The notes: generated from the letters alone by a model not told the origin. A DNA stretch of 64,000 nucleotides from Aestuariivirga sp. (GCA_041745135.1 JBGTJO010000090.1:6494-70493), one strand, 5' to 3'. Shown: positions 29,375 to 40,191, numbered from the stretch's first letter. Numbers and translations: made by a program.

Positions 29375-30436
29375 ATGTCTTCACTCGTTGAACTACGGGG
29401 GATTTCCCGGACCTACGGCCCCATTATCGCCGTCGAGCCCACGGACCTGGACATCAAGGAAGGAGAGTTTGTCGCCATACTGGGGCCCTCGGGCTGCGGA
29501 AAAACCACGCTGCTGCGGATGATTGGCGGTTTCATCAGCCCAAGCTCAGGCGTCATCAAACTGGATGGACAGGACATGACGCGGGTGGGACCGGAAGCCC
29601 GGCCCACCAACATGGTGTTCCAGGGCTATGGTCTCTTCCCCCATATGACCGTGGCGCAGAATGTCGGCTATGGCCTGCGGTTGGCAGGCATAGCGGCGGA
29701 AGAACGGGCCCGGCGGGTGCAGGATGCACTGCGACTGGTTCATCTCGACGACTTTGGCGGCCGCCGGATCGATGAGCTCTCGGGCGGGCAGCGTCAACGC
29801 ATCGCACTGGTGCGGGCTCTGGTCATGCGGCCCAAGGTGCTTTTGCTGGACGAACCGTTGGCGGCGCTCGACCTGAAACTGCGCCGCGCCATGCAGGACG
29901 AATTTCGCCGGATTCATGCGGTCACCGGCGGGACATTCGTTTTCGTCACCCACGATCAGGAAGAAGCCATGTCGTTGGCGACCAGGATTTGCGTCATGGA
30001 GCGTGGCCGCATCGTGCAAGATGGAACGCCGCGCGAGATTTATCTCCAGCCGCGCACCCGCTTCGTATCGCGGTTCATCGGTGAAGCAAATCTTTTCCAC
30101 GGGCGAAGGCAGAGCGGCCATGTCCACCTCGACAACGGCTTGTCCTTTGCGCATGAGGGGGATGACGGCGAGGTGGACTGCGTTGTCCGGCCAGAAAACA
30201 TGGTCATCGCCTCGACGTCCGATACTTCTCCTTCAAAGCGATACGACATGAACATAACCGCGAAGCTCGTGGACATGACGTTCATGGGGCCGAATGTTCA
30301 GTACAAGCTAATTACTGGCAACGGCGAAGATGCAATGGTCGAAACCAGCAATGAAGATCGGAAAAGTTCAATCGAAACCGGGGCAAACGTGATGCTCTGG
30401 TGGAACAGCGCTGTTCAGAGGATTGTGACCGAATGA
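29375..30436 (+). CDS. Polyamine-type ABC ATP-binding protein
   Basis: GPSGCGKT, LSGGQRQR, LLDEPL.ALD. RBS AGGAG. Confidence 0.92.
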   Translation: MSSLVELRGISRTYGPIIAVEPTDLDIKEGEFVAILGPSGCGKTTLLRMIGGFISPSSGVIKLDGQDMTRVGPEARPTNMVFQGYGLFPHMTVAQNVGYGLRLAGIAAEERARRVQDALRLVHLDDFGGRRIDELSGGQRQRIALVRALVMRPKVLLLDEPLAALDLKLRRAMQDEFRRIHAVTGGTFVFVTHDQEEAMSLATRICVMERGRIVQDGTPREIYLQPRTRFVSRFIGEANLFHGRRQSGHVHLDNGLSFAHEGDDGEVDCVVRPENMVIASTSDTSPSKRYDMNITAKLVDMTFMGPNVQYKLITGNGEDAMVETSNEDRKSSIETGANVMLWWNSAVQRIVTE

Positions 30437-31287
30437 ATTGGGAGGCGTTCAGAGCAGGCGCCATTGCCCGGATCGCTCCTAGCCTTGTCATATTCGCTTC
30501 GCTCTTTCTCCTCCCGATCTCCTATTTCTTCGTCATCTCGTTCTGGCGGGTGCGATCCTATCAACTGCGGACGGATTTGACACTCGACCAATACCGCGAG
30601 GTTTTTCAAAATTTTGCCTATCCGCTCGCCTATACATTGGCCGTTGCTTTCGCGATTGCCGCCGTCACCACGCTTCTTGCATTCGCATACGCCTATTACT
30701 GCCGTTTCAAGACGTGGCGATTTGGGATCACGCTTGTCTTCCTGGCGCTACTGACGTTGTTTGGCGGATACCTGACAAAGATCTACATGTGGAAGACGAT
30801 ACTGGGATCGGCCGGCCTTCTCAACTCGGCACTTCTGCAATTGGAGCTGATCTCGGAACCGCTGACGGTGCTGCTTTACAATGTTGGAGCCGTCATCATC
30901 ACGCTGGTCCACTATACGCTTCCTCTCGCGATCCTTCCCATCTACGGCTCACTGCGCGGCGTGGATGATGTTCCCCTCGAAGCCGCTCGCGATTTGGGCG
31001 CTTCGCGCTCGAGGGTCTTTTTTGACATCATACTTCCACAATGCAGGCTCGGCATCCTGTCTGCTTTCAGCCTGTCCTTTATCTTCGCGGCGGGCGATTA
31101 CGTGACTCCGCTCATGGTGGGAGGCACATCAACATCCATGATAGGGCTCCTGATAGAGGCCCAGTTTGGCGCGCGCCTAAACTCACCGCTGGGATCGGCA
31201 TTATCGTTTTCGGTGATTACATCTTGCGCGTTAATAATCCTCTTGGTCGCCGCCGTGTTGCACGTCCTCGTCAGGCCGCGGGATTAA
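30433..31287 (+). CDS. ABC permease (PotB-like)
   Basis: ATGA overlap. LP.AILPIY, EAARDLGA. Confidence 0.9.
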   Translation: MNWEAFRAGAIARIAPSLVIFASLFLLPISYFFVISFWRVRSYQLRTDLTLDQYREVFQNFAYPLAYTLAVAFAIAAVTTLLAFAYAYYCRFKTWRFGITLVFLALLTLFGGYLTKIYMWKTILGSAGLLNSALLQLELISEPLTVLLYNVGAVIITLVHYTLPLAILPIYGSLRGVDDVPLEAARDLGASRSRVFFDIILPQCRLGILSAFSLSFIFAAGDYVTPLMVGGTSTSMIGLLIEAQFGARLNSPLGSALSFSVITSCALIILLVAAVLHVLVRPRD

Positions 31288-31288
31288 C

Positions 31289-32062
31289 ATGCCGCAAACG
31301 CTCATCTGGAATTCCGGCATGGTTCTTCTCGTCGCGTTCATGCTGTCACCTCTGCTGATGTTGATCGTTTTCTGCTTCAGCGAAAGTCCGCTGCTAAGCT
31401 TTCCGATCCAGGGATGGTCGCTCAAGTGGTTTGCCAATGCGTATTATCGCCCTGGCTTTTTTCCCGCGTTTATCAATAGCCTGATCGTCACTGCCTGTGT
31501 CGGGGCGATATCGACAGTGGTGGGAACATTGGCCGCCATGGCAATTTGCAGGCTGCCGGCCAGAATTTCCGGATCGCTGATGGCCCTTCTCGCCTTGCCG
31601 CTGATGGCCCCGCCACTGCTCTTGGGCGTAGCGCTGCTGACATACTATGCAACGTGGCTAAATGTTCCGCTCGGACTTCATACGGTGGTGGCGAGCCACA
31701 TTGTTTTCACCCAGCCCCTTGTCATCCTGGTGATTGCGGCGCGCATGGCGTCCTTCGATTTCGCCGCCATCGAAAGCGCCCGCGACCTCGGGGCCTCGCC
31801 ATTGCGGGCATTCTTTGAGATTACTCTTCCTCTCATCAGGCCGAGCATCGTTGGGGGCGCGCTGATCGCCATGGCGCTGTCGCTCGATGATTTTTTGGTG
31901 ACGTTCTTTACCATAGGCGGCAGCAATACCTTGCCGACCTTCATGTGGGGGATGCTGAGAAAGGGCGTCGATCCAAGCATCAACGTCGTTGCCGGTCTCA
32001 TTATGACCCTATCGATCGGTGCAACGTTACTGGGCTTTCGACTGACTGGCTATCGGGGTTAA
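31289..32062 (+). CDS. ABC permease (PotC-like)
   Basis: WSLKWF, ESARDLGA, LSLDDF, TLP. Confidence 0.9.
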   Translation: MPQTLIWNSGMVLLVAFMLSPLLMLIVFCFSESPLLSFPIQGWSLKWFANAYYRPGFFPAFINSLIVTACVGAISTVVGTLAAMAICRLPARISGSLMALLALPLMAPPLLLGVALLTYYATWLNVPLGLHTVVASHIVFTQPLVILVIAARMASFDFAAIESARDLGASPLRAFFEITLPLIRPSIVGGALIAMALSLDDFLVTFFTIGGSNTLPTFMWGMLRKGVDPSINVVAGLIMTLSIGATLLGFRLTGYRG

Positions 32063-32083
32063 CGGGTCCGGCTTCGCGTGAGT

Positions 32084-33019
32084 TTACGCGTCTGGCAGAT
32101 ATTCAAGAAATTTCCGTGACGCAAACAGCATGTTGGAATGCTTGTTGGTAACGAGGAACACATCGTCGGAGAGGCCTTCAATTGGCGGCGTCAGAGCCCA
32201 TAGGTCGCCATGCCCGAGATCACGTTCGACGACTTCCATGGGAAGCAGGGAAATGCCGACGCCCGCAAACAGGAGGCGCTTCATTTCCGAAATATCCAGC
32301 GACTGCCCGGCCTTCTTCCATCCCCAGCCGTGCCTTAGCCTGAAGTCGCGCACGATGCGGGCCTCGTCGGCCCCCGGAAGAACGAATGCCTCCTCGCCGA
32401 GAGCATCCAGATTGCCGAAGGTTTGGCCGGCAAGCCGGTGATGCTTGCCGCAAACCACCAGATGCCGCTCGCGATAGAGGAAGACATAGTCGAGATTGGC
32501 ATCCATCCTCGGCTCGGGGCAGACGCCGATATGCGCGTCATTGGCAAGAACCATGTCCTCGATCTGCGGATAGGGTGCCACCTGGATATAAAGCTCGGCA
32601 CGCGGATAGGCCTGCGAGAATTTTTTAATCGCGGCGTCTAATCGGCTGCTCACCACATTGCTGACGGTTACGATCTTCAACTGAATGGAAAGGTCGTTGT
32701 CGATCGCGTCGAACTCGTTCTGCAGGGAGGAAACCAAATTGTCCATGCTTTCGGCGATGGCTGCCAGCTTGGCGCCGTGATCCGTTAGGGAAAATCCGCC
32801 GGGGCCGCGTTCGCAGAGATTATGTCCCAGATAGTCTTCCAGCCTCTTGAGCGAACTGCTGACCGCGGGCTGCTGGCGCGAAATGGCCGCTGCGGCATTG
32901 GTGATCCCGCCATATTTCGTGATCTCAAAAAATGTCTTGACGAGGTTCCAGTCGAGATTGCGCACGAAGCGGCGGTCGTCCTCCGCCAAGTGATGGAGCT
33001 TGTCAGTTTTCTTGGTCAC
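32084..33019 (-). CDS. LysR family regulator, paralog of 22662-23612
   Basis: F.RNLDWNL.K.F, QPAVS..LKRLE, LC.RGP.GF.LT. Confidence 0.92.
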   Translation of the reverse strand: MTKKTDKLHHLAEDDRRFVRNLDWNLVKTFFEITKYGGITNAAAAISRQQPAVSSSLKRLEDYLGHNLCERGPGGFSLTDHGAKLAAIAESMDNLVSSLQNEFDAIDNDLSIQLKIVTVSNVVSSRLDAAIKKFSQAYPRAELYIQVAPYPQIEDMVLANDAHIGVCPEPRMDANLDYVFLYRERHLVVCGKHHRLAGQTFGNLDALGEEAFVLPGADEARIVRDFRLRHGWGWKKAGQSLDISEMKRLLFAGVGISLLPMEVVERDLGHGDLWALTPPIEGLSDDVFLVTNKHSNMLFASRKFLEYLPDA

Positions 33020-33329
33020 CGCTGGCCCTCAAGTCGCCATAGGCAATAGTGTTCCATGGGACGAATTGTTTGACAATCCTGGCGAGTGCCCCGGGTGAAC
33101 AGCGGCGCACAGCCGATGTGAATAATTCATGCTCCTTTTCCCGCGGGATTGCCGCGAGACTGCCATTCGGTTGGGACACGGCCCAACGGCGGTCTAGGGC
33201 TTTCAGAAACGAGGTAAGGAAAATAATGACCAATTCATCGCTCGCCGGTGCGGGCAGGCAGTGGTTTGATTTCCGATGACGCGGAAGCGCATCGTTCAAA
33301 CGCTCAGCGGCAGGATTGCGGTCTAGCCC

Positions 33330-34169
33330 ATGGGTTCCGCGGCTTTACCGGCGCGCAAGACCGGATCGGGTCCGGGATATGGCGGCCTGGCGATTGGCGA
33401 GGCCTTGCCGGGCTTCCAGGCCATAGGCCTAGGCATAGCGGGCTGGGCCGCTTTTTTTCTGCTGTGGGAGCTTTCCCTTTTATCAGGCCTCTCGAATGCG
33501 GCGCTATTGCCGCATGTGTCCGACGTCGCTGGAGCCCTGGTCAGGCTGTTTGGCGAACGCGGATTTCATTTTGATATTCTGGCGAGCCTTTGGCGGATCG
33601 CTGCCAGTTTCGCGATCGTTTGCGCGGTTGGCGTGCCGATCGGCATCCTCATGGGCGCCTTTGTGAGAGTGGAGGCTTTGCTTGGGCCGTTCGTCTCGAC
33701 ATGGCGATATCTGCCGGCCGCGTCATTCGTTCCCTTGCTGCTGATGTGGTTCGGCGCCGATGAGGGACAGAAGATCGCCCTTCTGTTTCTTGGCGCCGTC
33801 TTTTTTCTAATCACGCTGGTTGCCGACCACACCAAGTCGGTGCGCAAGGAGCTGGTCGAAACATCCCTCACCCTTGGCGCCAACAAGTGGCAGGTGCTGT
33901 GGACGGTGATAATTCCGGCGGCTCTTCCGAAAATCTTCGTCGCCATGCGGCAGATGCTGGCCATTGGCTGGACTTATTTGGTCATCGCCGAAATCGTCGC
34001 CACCACCGACGGCATCGGTGCGGCAATGATGCGCTCCAAACGCTTTCTCAGGGTGGACGAGATCATCGCGGCGATCGTCATGATCGGGGTGCTCGGCCTT
34101 CTGTCCGATATCGCCTTCAGGCGCTTCGCCTGGTTTCTGTTTCCCTACAAAGACAGGCGTGAACTTTAA
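33330..34169 (+). CDS. NitT/TauT ABC permease
   Basis: ASL.RI, RYLP....PL..MWFG..E, W.YLV.AE. Confidence 0.9.
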   Translation: MGSAALPARKTGSGPGYGGLAIGEALPGFQAIGLGIAGWAAFFLLWELSLLSGLSNAALLPHVSDVAGALVRLFGERGFHFDILASLWRIAASFAIVCAVGVPIGILMGAFVRVEALLGPFVSTWRYLPAASFVPLLLMWFGADEGQKIALLFLGAVFFLITLVADHTKSVRKELVETSLTLGANKWQVLWTVIIPAALPKIFVAMRQMLAIGWTYLVIAEIVATTDGIGAAMMRSKRFLRVDEIIAAIVMIGVLGLLSDIAFRRFAWFLFPYKDRREL

Positions 34170-34210
34170 ATCAATCCCGGCTTAATGCCGGCAACAGAGG
34201 AGGAAAGACC

Positions 34211-35251
34211 ATGGGTAAAAAACCGCTTTTGTCGATCTTTGCATTGCTGCTGATGCTGACTGCCGCCGTACCGGCCCTCGGAGAAACGACGACGATCAGA
34301 GCATCGGGATTCACATGGCCGTCCTACGGCTATTGGTCCATTATCGAAAAGCAGAAGCTTTCCGACAAGATCAAGGTTGAATTCCGGTCGATCGAGGATC
34401 CTTACGACAGCATGAGCCTCCTCGCCTCGGGCCAGCTCGATGTCGTCCTCAACACCCTCGAATATGCGCCCATCGGCGCCAGCGAAGGCAGGCCTATCTC
34501 CGTGGTGGCCTATTACGCGATAAGCCAGGGAGCGGACAAGATCATCGTCGCTCCGGACATCGCCAAGCCAGCCGATCTGTCGGGCAAGACCGTTGGCGTC
34601 CTGGAAGGGGGCCTGCCGGAAATCTTCATGTCCATGTGGCTGGAAAAAAACGGCGTCGATCCAACCGCCGTCAAGAAAGTCAATGTCATCGCCGATGACG
34701 TTCTTGCCGCGATGGTGGGCGGCACCATCTCGGCCGGCGTGTTCTGGGAACCCTACGCCTCGAATATCGTGGGCGCCATGAAGGGCACCAAGCTGGTCGC
34801 CAATTCCGGAGATCCCGAATGGCTCAAAACCGGGGTCATCGCCGACGCGATATACATGAACAAGGACTTCGTCGCCAAAAACCGTGAAGCGGCCGAGGAA
34901 TTCGTGCGCGCCTACTTTGCCGCCATTGCCTGGCGCAAGGCCAATCCAGGCGCAGGCAATGCGCAGATCGCCGAGGCAATGAAAATGCCGGAGACGGATG
35001 TGTCCGCGGTCCTTGGTTCGGGTGACAACAACGGCGACCTTTACGTCTACAGCTTCACGGATTCAGCACGGCTTTGCGGCTCCATGGAGGGCGAGCCGCC
35101 CTTCGGCCAGACCAATGGACAGATAGAGGAAATCTGGTCCACGATCGGCAACTGGTGGGTGAAGCTCGGCAAGCTCAAGGAAGTGCCCGCCTCCGCCGTG
35201 GACTGCAGCCTCATCGCCTCATTGGCAAAGTCTGGATTTACCGGTGAATGA
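34211..35251 (+). CDS. NitT/TauT ABC substrate-binding protein
   Basis: Signal peptide, WP.Y, S.GAD.I, DL.GK, WEPY. RBS GAGGAGG. Confidence 0.88.
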   Translation: MGKKPLLSIFALLLMLTAAVPALGETTTIRASGFTWPSYGYWSIIEKQKLSDKIKVEFRSIEDPYDSMSLLASGQLDVVLNTLEYAPIGASEGRPISVVAYYAISQGADKIIVAPDIAKPADLSGKTVGVLEGGLPEIFMSMWLEKNGVDPTAVKKVNVIADDVLAAMVGGTISAGVFWEPYASNIVGAMKGTKLVANSGDPEWLKTGVIADAIYMNKDFVAKNREAAEEFVRAYFAAIAWRKANPGAGNAQIAEAMKMPETDVSAVLGSGDNNGDLYVYSFTDSARLCGSMEGEPPFGQTNGQIEEIWSTIGNWWVKLGKLKEVPASAVDCSLIASLAKSGFTGE

Positions 35252-36065
35252 GGTAATGGCCCCATCGAGGCCGCGGGCGAAAGACCTGCGTGAGCCGCTA
35301 CTTCAGTTGCATGGCGTCTCACGGGTCTTTCGCGGCGGTTCCAGGCAGCCGGACACGGTGGCTTTGGATAGGGTTTCCTTCGACGTGATGGCGGACGAGA
35401 TCTGCGTTCTCCTCGGGCCTTCCGGCTGCGGAAAGTCAACCCTGCTGCGGATCATCGCCGGGCTGGATTATCCAACCGACGGCCATATTATGTTGTCGGG
35501 CGGGCCGGTCGCCGGGCCCGGCCGCGATCGCGGCATGGTCTTTCAAGACTATACCTCGTTCCCGTGGCTCACTGTGCGAGAGAATGTCGAATACGGCATG
35601 CGGCTCAAGGGCGTGCCCAAGTCTGAACGGCGGGAGGCCTCGGACCGGTTCATCAAGCTTGTCCATCTCGAAGGCTTTGCCGCTTCCTGGCCGGAACAGC
35701 TTTCCGGCGGCATGCGCCAGCGGGTGGCGATTGCCAGGACGTTGGCGAACAGCCCCCGCGTTCTCCTCATGGACGAGCCGTTCGGCGCGCTCGATGCCGA
35801 AACCCGGCTGCATATGCAGGAACTTCTCCTGGAAATCAGGAAAGTCCACAAAATCTCCGTGGTCATGGTGACCCATGACGTGGACGAGGCCATCTATATT
35901 GCCGATCGGATCGTCTTTCTGTCACCGCGGCCCGGGCGGGTGAAGGAGATCATCAGCCTCGATTTCAAACGCGGCGCCAACATCAAGCTGCGCGAGGATC
36001 TGCTCGAGAACGCCGAATACCGGCGAACCAGCCGGCACATCATGACGAATATGAGAGCAAGCTGA
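35244..36065 (+). CDS. NitT/TauT ABC ATP-binding protein
   Basis: GPSGCGKST, FPWLTV.ENV, LSGGMRQR, MDEPFGALD. Start may be ATG 35256. Confidence 0.92.
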   Translation: MNEVMAPSRPRAKDLREPLLQLHGVSRVFRGGSRQPDTVALDRVSFDVMADEICVLLGPSGCGKSTLLRIIAGLDYPTDGHIMLSGGPVAGPGRDRGMVFQDYTSFPWLTVRENVEYGMRLKGVPKSERREASDRFIKLVHLEGFAASWPEQLSGGMRQRVAIARTLANSPRVLLMDEPFGALDAETRLHMQELLLEIRKVHKISVVMVTHDVDEAIYIADRIVFLSPRPGRVKEIISLDFKRGANIKLREDLLENAEYRRTSRHIMTNMRAS

Positions 36066-36088
36066 GAAGGGGGCCTATATCCGAGCCA

Positions 36089-37045
36089 TCACGATTGTTG
36101 TTGCAGAAGAGATCCATCCGCTGGAGCCAACAAGGGTTCGGGATTGAACTTCGTCTGAGCCAGGCGAAAGGCGTTTGCCAAGAAATTCGTGACCGTCCGG
36201 ATGCGGGGAAGCGAACGCAAATCCTGGTGGCATAGAATCCAGATATCGGTGGAGACGCCTTTCAACACCGGACTGATGCGCACGAGATTGGCATTGCCCT
36301 CGGCAAGGAAGCACGGCAGCACCCCGATGCCCAGCCCGCACGATATCGCGTGGCTTAAAGCCATCAGGCTATCGGTGCGGCTCACGACTTTGTCCATAGG
36401 CACGTTGGCGTTCAGCCATTGCCATGCTGCCAGATGCTTGAGATCGTCGCTGAGGCCAAGCCACGGCATGGCGCCCATTGCCGTCAGAATACCTGCTTCA
36501 TCCGCGGGCGGGACGATGGCGCTGGCTTGCCAGGGAGCCCCATAGATGGCAAAGGCAATCGTAGATACCCGCCGGCCAATGAGCGTATCGGGCGGCGCGT
36601 TGGAGGGGCGAATGGCGATGTCCGCTTCGCCTTTTCTCAGATTCAGAAATTCGTTCGAGGTGGATATCTCATAGCGGATTTGGGGAAAGGCCGCCGTTAA
36701 TCTTCCCAGGGCTGAGCCGAGGAAACCATAAAAGAGGGTATCCGTGGTGGTCAGCCGGATAAGGCCTGCGGGTTTTCTGTCCTGGCCCTCGAGCCGCCGC
36801 TCCAGGCTTTCGATGCCTTCTCTCACCAGGGCGGCATAGGAGGCCATTTCCCTCCCGGCGGTGGTTGGGGAAAATCCCTCATTGCTTCTATCGAAAAGTT
36901 TTACGCCAAGATCGGTTTCGAGGGCGGCGATGCGGCGCATGATCGTGACGTGGGTGACTTTGAGCGCGCGGCCGGCGGCGGCGTAGGAACCGGTTTCGGA
37001 AAGTGCGAGAACAAACCGCAAGCTGTCCCAATCCAGATGCGTCAT
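36089..37045 (-). CDS. LysR family regulator
   Basis: LDWDSLR..LA....GS..AA.R.L.V.H.T..RRI..LE. Confidence 0.92.
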   Translation of the reverse strand: MTHLDWDSLRFVLALSETGSYAAAGRALKVTHVTIMRRIAALETDLGVKLFDRSNEGFSPTTAGREMASYAALVREGIESLERRLEGQDRKPAGLIRLTTTDTLFYGFLGSALGRLTAAFPQIRYEISTSNEFLNLRKGEADIAIRPSNAPPDTLIGRRVSTIAFAIYGAPWQASAIVPPADEAGILTAMGAMPWLGLSDDLKHLAAWQWLNANVPMDKVVSRTDSLMALSHAISCGLGIGVLPCFLAEGNANLVRISPVLKGVSTDIWILCHQDLRSLPRIRTVTNFLANAFRLAQTKFNPEPLLAPADGSLLQQQS

Positions 37046-37138
37046 GTGCGCCCCCAAACAGCTTCTGTTCGACAATTGGAGGCTCCGCCAAAACGCGACA
37101 TCGCTAGTCTGGCGGCGCAGTCGTGCTGGAGAGTTCCC

Positions 37139-38062
37139 ATGATCCTCAACCCCATACCCTGGCCGGACGGAGCAAAATGCGCGGTCGCCTTCACCATGGA
37201 CATGGATGCGGACAGCATCCTCCATCTGGCCCATCCGGACCGGGCGCCACGAATGGTTTCGGCCCTTTCCATGCTGAAATACAGCCCCAAGATCGCGGTG
37301 CCCCGCATCCTCGCGACATACCGCAAATTCGGCCTGAAACAGACGTTTTTCCTACCCGCATGGTGCATGGAGCAATATCCGGAAACCGTTGAGGCAATCT
37401 TACGCGATGGGCATGAGATTGGCTATCACGGCTATATCCACGAGCATCAGAATGAACTGAGCCGGGATGAAGAACACTACTGGCTGCAGAGGTCGCTCGA
37501 CGTTTTCACGTCAATGACCGGGACGAGGCCCAAGGGCGCCCGCTCGCCGCTTTATAATTTTTCCGAACATACCGCCGATCTCCTGATCGAAGAGGGGTTC
37601 ACATTCGATGCCTCGCTGATGGGCGACGACATTCCCTACATCCTGGAGAGCGGCCGGGGCCGCCTCATCGAGTTGCCGTCATCATGGGCGCTGGATGACT
37701 GGCCCCAATTCATGCACAGCATCGAGTTCAACTATCTGATGCCGATCCGCTCTCCCGAAGAGGCGTGGAAGACCTTTTGGGCGGAATTCGAGGCGGCCTG
37801 GGAACATGGCGGGCTGTGGATCGCCGTGTGGCATCCGAAAGTATCCGGGCGGCTTTCGCGCTGGAGCTATACGGAACGCATGATCGAGCAGATGCTCAAG
37901 ATCGGCAGCGTGTGGATCGCCCCCTTGGGCGAGATCGCGGCGCATGTACAGAAATGCGTGGACCTGGGACAATGCACTCCGCGCATCGACAAGCTTCCCT
38001 ATTATACGGGGCGCGTGTCGCCGATCCGCCCAAGAACGCAGTTGCCGAAAGCGGCGGAGTAG
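37139..38062 (+). CDS. Polysaccharide deacetylase family (CE4, PuuE-like) hydrolase
   Basis: WPDGA.CAVA.T.D.DA, TFF.P, HEIG.HGY.HE, G.RSP, D.SLM.DD.PY, LDDWP, HP..SGR. Confidence 0.88.
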   Translation: MILNPIPWPDGAKCAVAFTMDMDADSILHLAHPDRAPRMVSALSMLKYSPKIAVPRILATYRKFGLKQTFFLPAWCMEQYPETVEAILRDGHEIGYHGYIHEHQNELSRDEEHYWLQRSLDVFTSMTGTRPKGARSPLYNFSEHTADLLIEEGFTFDASLMGDDIPYILESGRGRLIELPSSWALDDWPQFMHSIEFNYLMPIRSPEEAWKTFWAEFEAAWEHGGLWIAVWHPKVSGRLSRWSYTERMIEQMLKIGSVWIAPLGEIAAHVQKCVDLGQCTPRIDKLPYYTGRVSPIRPRTQLPKAAE

Positions 38063-38064
38063 CC

Positions 38065-38700
38065 ATGATCGATCCCCGCTTCAAATCCTATGTGACGGGC
38101 ACGGATCAACTGGAGGAGCTGATCGGCGGCAAACCCGTTCAGATGATCCAGGACGTGAAGCAAGCGCAGCTCGATACCCATGCGCGCGCCTTCCTGCAGC
38201 TCAGCCCCTTCGCGTTGATCGGCACACATGACGGGAGCGGCAAGGCCGATGTATCCCCGCGCGGCGATCAGCCGGGCTTTGCCGTGGTGCTTGACGATCA
38301 GACCATCATCATCGCCGAACGGCTCGGCAACCGTTTGGCCGACAGCATGAAGAATATTCTTCAGACCGGAGAGATCGGAGCGCTGTTCATCGTGCCGGGA
38401 TTTGGCGAAAGCATGCGGGTCAACGGCAAGGCGGCCGTGGTTTCCGATCTTGAGTACATGAAGCAATTGGCCGTGGGAGAGAAGGTGCCTTCGGTCGCGA
38501 TCCTGATCAAGGTGGAGGAAGTGTTCGTCCATTGCGCGCGCTGCATGCTGCGGTCGGAACTTTGGAAATCCGAAACCTGGCCGGAGCGGGAAGCCTGGGT
38601 CACGCTTGCGCAGCTGATGATGGACCAGCAGGATCCCGAGGGCATAACGCTTGGCGATATGCAGGCCGAGGTCGATCAAGACTACCGGACATTATATTAG
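38065..38700 (+). CDS. Pyridoxamine 5'-phosphate oxidase-like FMN-binding protein (MSMEG_1061-like)
   Basis: SPF, DVSPRGD.PGF, R.GNR.ADS..NI, RVNG.A, F.HCAR...RS.LW. Confidence 0.88.
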   Translation: MIDPRFKSYVTGTDQLEELIGGKPVQMIQDVKQAQLDTHARAFLQLSPFALIGTHDGSGKADVSPRGDQPGFAVVLDDQTIIIAERLGNRLADSMKNILQTGEIGALFIVPGFGESMRVNGKAAVVSDLEYMKQLAVGEKVPSVAILIKVEEVFVHCARCMLRSELWKSETWPEREAWVTLAQLMMDQQDPEGITLGDMQAEVDQDYRTLY

Positions 38701-38711
38701 AGGCCGGATCC

Positions 38712-40190
38712 TTGCAGATCGAGGCCAGGAAAGCGCCCGAGGCGCCAGGCAGTGCCGTAGAGTCCCTGGCGGTCTTCTTCGGCACCCATAGCGGCACTTG
38801 CGAGAGCATCGCCAGGCGTTTCGCCGCGGGGACAAAGGCAGGCTGCTATGACCTTGACGATTTCGCCGCGCGCCATGCGCCGCATGGCCTCAACATCATC
38901 GTGACCAGCAGCTATGGGGATGGCGATCCGCCCGGTAATGCGGAAAGCTTCGCAGCCTGGCTTAATGGCGGCACTCCGCCCAATCTTCGCAGCGTGAAAT
39001 ACGCCGTGTTCGCTGTCGGCGACCGCAACTATGCGGATTTTTGCGGCTTTGGCCGAAAGGTCGACGAACGTCTCGCCGCTTTAGGCGCGGAGAGGATGGC
39101 CGCCCGCGCAGAGTGCGAAAGCAGCAAATCGGAATCATTCAACGCATGGTCACAGCCGTTTCTATCCGGGCTTGGCATTGCTCCTCCGGCCGTGATTGAA
39201 AAAGCCCCCGCGGTTTCCCACGGCACATCCTACATGCTGTCGCGGCGTAGAAGCTTGACCGCGCCGCAATCCTCGCGCGCGGTCTACCATCTCGAACTCT
39301 TCGATATCGGCGAGCAGGAGCATGAGCCTGGCGATTCGATCGCCGTGACACCTGTGAATTCTCTCGAACGGGTACAGCGGCTGATCGCCGGACACGGGTT
39401 TGACGAGGCCGATATCGTGCAGGTGCGAGATACGCCGTGCAAGCTGCTGGAGGTTTTGCTCTTCCGCAAGGAGTTGCGGATGTTAAACGGCACGGCGTGC
39501 CCGGCGCCGCAAGCGCTCGTTGACGCGCTTCGGCCGATGACACCGCGGCATTTCTCGATCGCCTCCCATCGCAGCCATGCACCCCACGGAGCGCATCTGA
39601 CGGTTGCCTTGACTGAATTCGACGTGGCGGGGGAGCAGAGATTGGGGTTGGCGTCGGAATATCTGACGAAGCGACAGGGGATTGGCTCGCTCATCCATGG
39701 CACGATCCGCCGGAATCCGCGATTCAGATTGCCCGTGAGCGATGCGGCGCCGATCATCATGGTGGGGCCGGGAACGGGCGTGGCGCCCTTCCGGGCGTTT
39801 CTGCAAGCGCGACACATGACAAAGGCCAAGGGAGCTGCCTGGCTTTTCTTTGGCAACCGAAATCGTGACCGCGATTATTTGTATCGCGATGAGATCGAAA
39901 CGTTTCATAGGAACGGCGTTCTCAAAAACCTGAGCCTCGCCTTTTCCCGCGATCAGGACCACAAGATTTATGTGCAGCATCTGATGGCCGAAAGAGGCAA
40001 GGAGGTGTGGGCGTGGATCACGCGGGGCGCGCATATTTATGTTTGTGGAGATGCCAAGCGCATGGCGGGCGACGTTCACTCGGCATTGCGGCAGATCGTA
40101 GCTGCCAACACGCGGCTGCCGCTTGCGCAATGTGAGAAATTCCTCGCCGATCTCGCGAAGAAAGGCCGATATCAACGGGACGTGTACTGA
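38712..40190 (+). CDS. Compact diflavin reductase (flavodoxin + FAD/NADPH module, CysJ-like)
   Basis: FGT.SGT.E, TSSYGDGDPP.NA, GD.NY..FC, PR.FSIAS, MVGPGTGVAPFR, FSRDQ..K.YVQH, YVCGDA, RYQRDVY. Start (TTG 38712) uncertain. Confidence 0.85.
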   Translation: MQIEARKAPEAPGSAVESLAVFFGTHSGTCESIARRFAAGTKAGCYDLDDFAARHAPHGLNIIVTSSYGDGDPPGNAESFAAWLNGGTPPNLRSVKYAVFAVGDRNYADFCGFGRKVDERLAALGAERMAARAECESSKSESFNAWSQPFLSGLGIAPPAVIEKAPAVSHGTSYMLSRRRSLTAPQSSRAVYHLELFDIGEQEHEPGDSIAVTPVNSLERVQRLIAGHGFDEADIVQVRDTPCKLLEVLLFRKELRMLNGTACPAPQALVDALRPMTPRHFSIASHRSHAPHGAHLTVALTEFDVAGEQRLGLASEYLTKRQGIGSLIHGTIRRNPRFRLPVSDAAPIIMVGPGTGVAPFRAFLQARHMTKAKGAAWLFFGNRNRDRDYLYRDEIETFHRNGVLKNLSLAFSRDQDHKIYVQHLMAERGKEVWAWITRGAHIYVCGDAKRMAGDVHSALRQIVAANTRLPLAQCEKFLADLAKKGRYQRDVY

Positions 40191-40191
40191 C

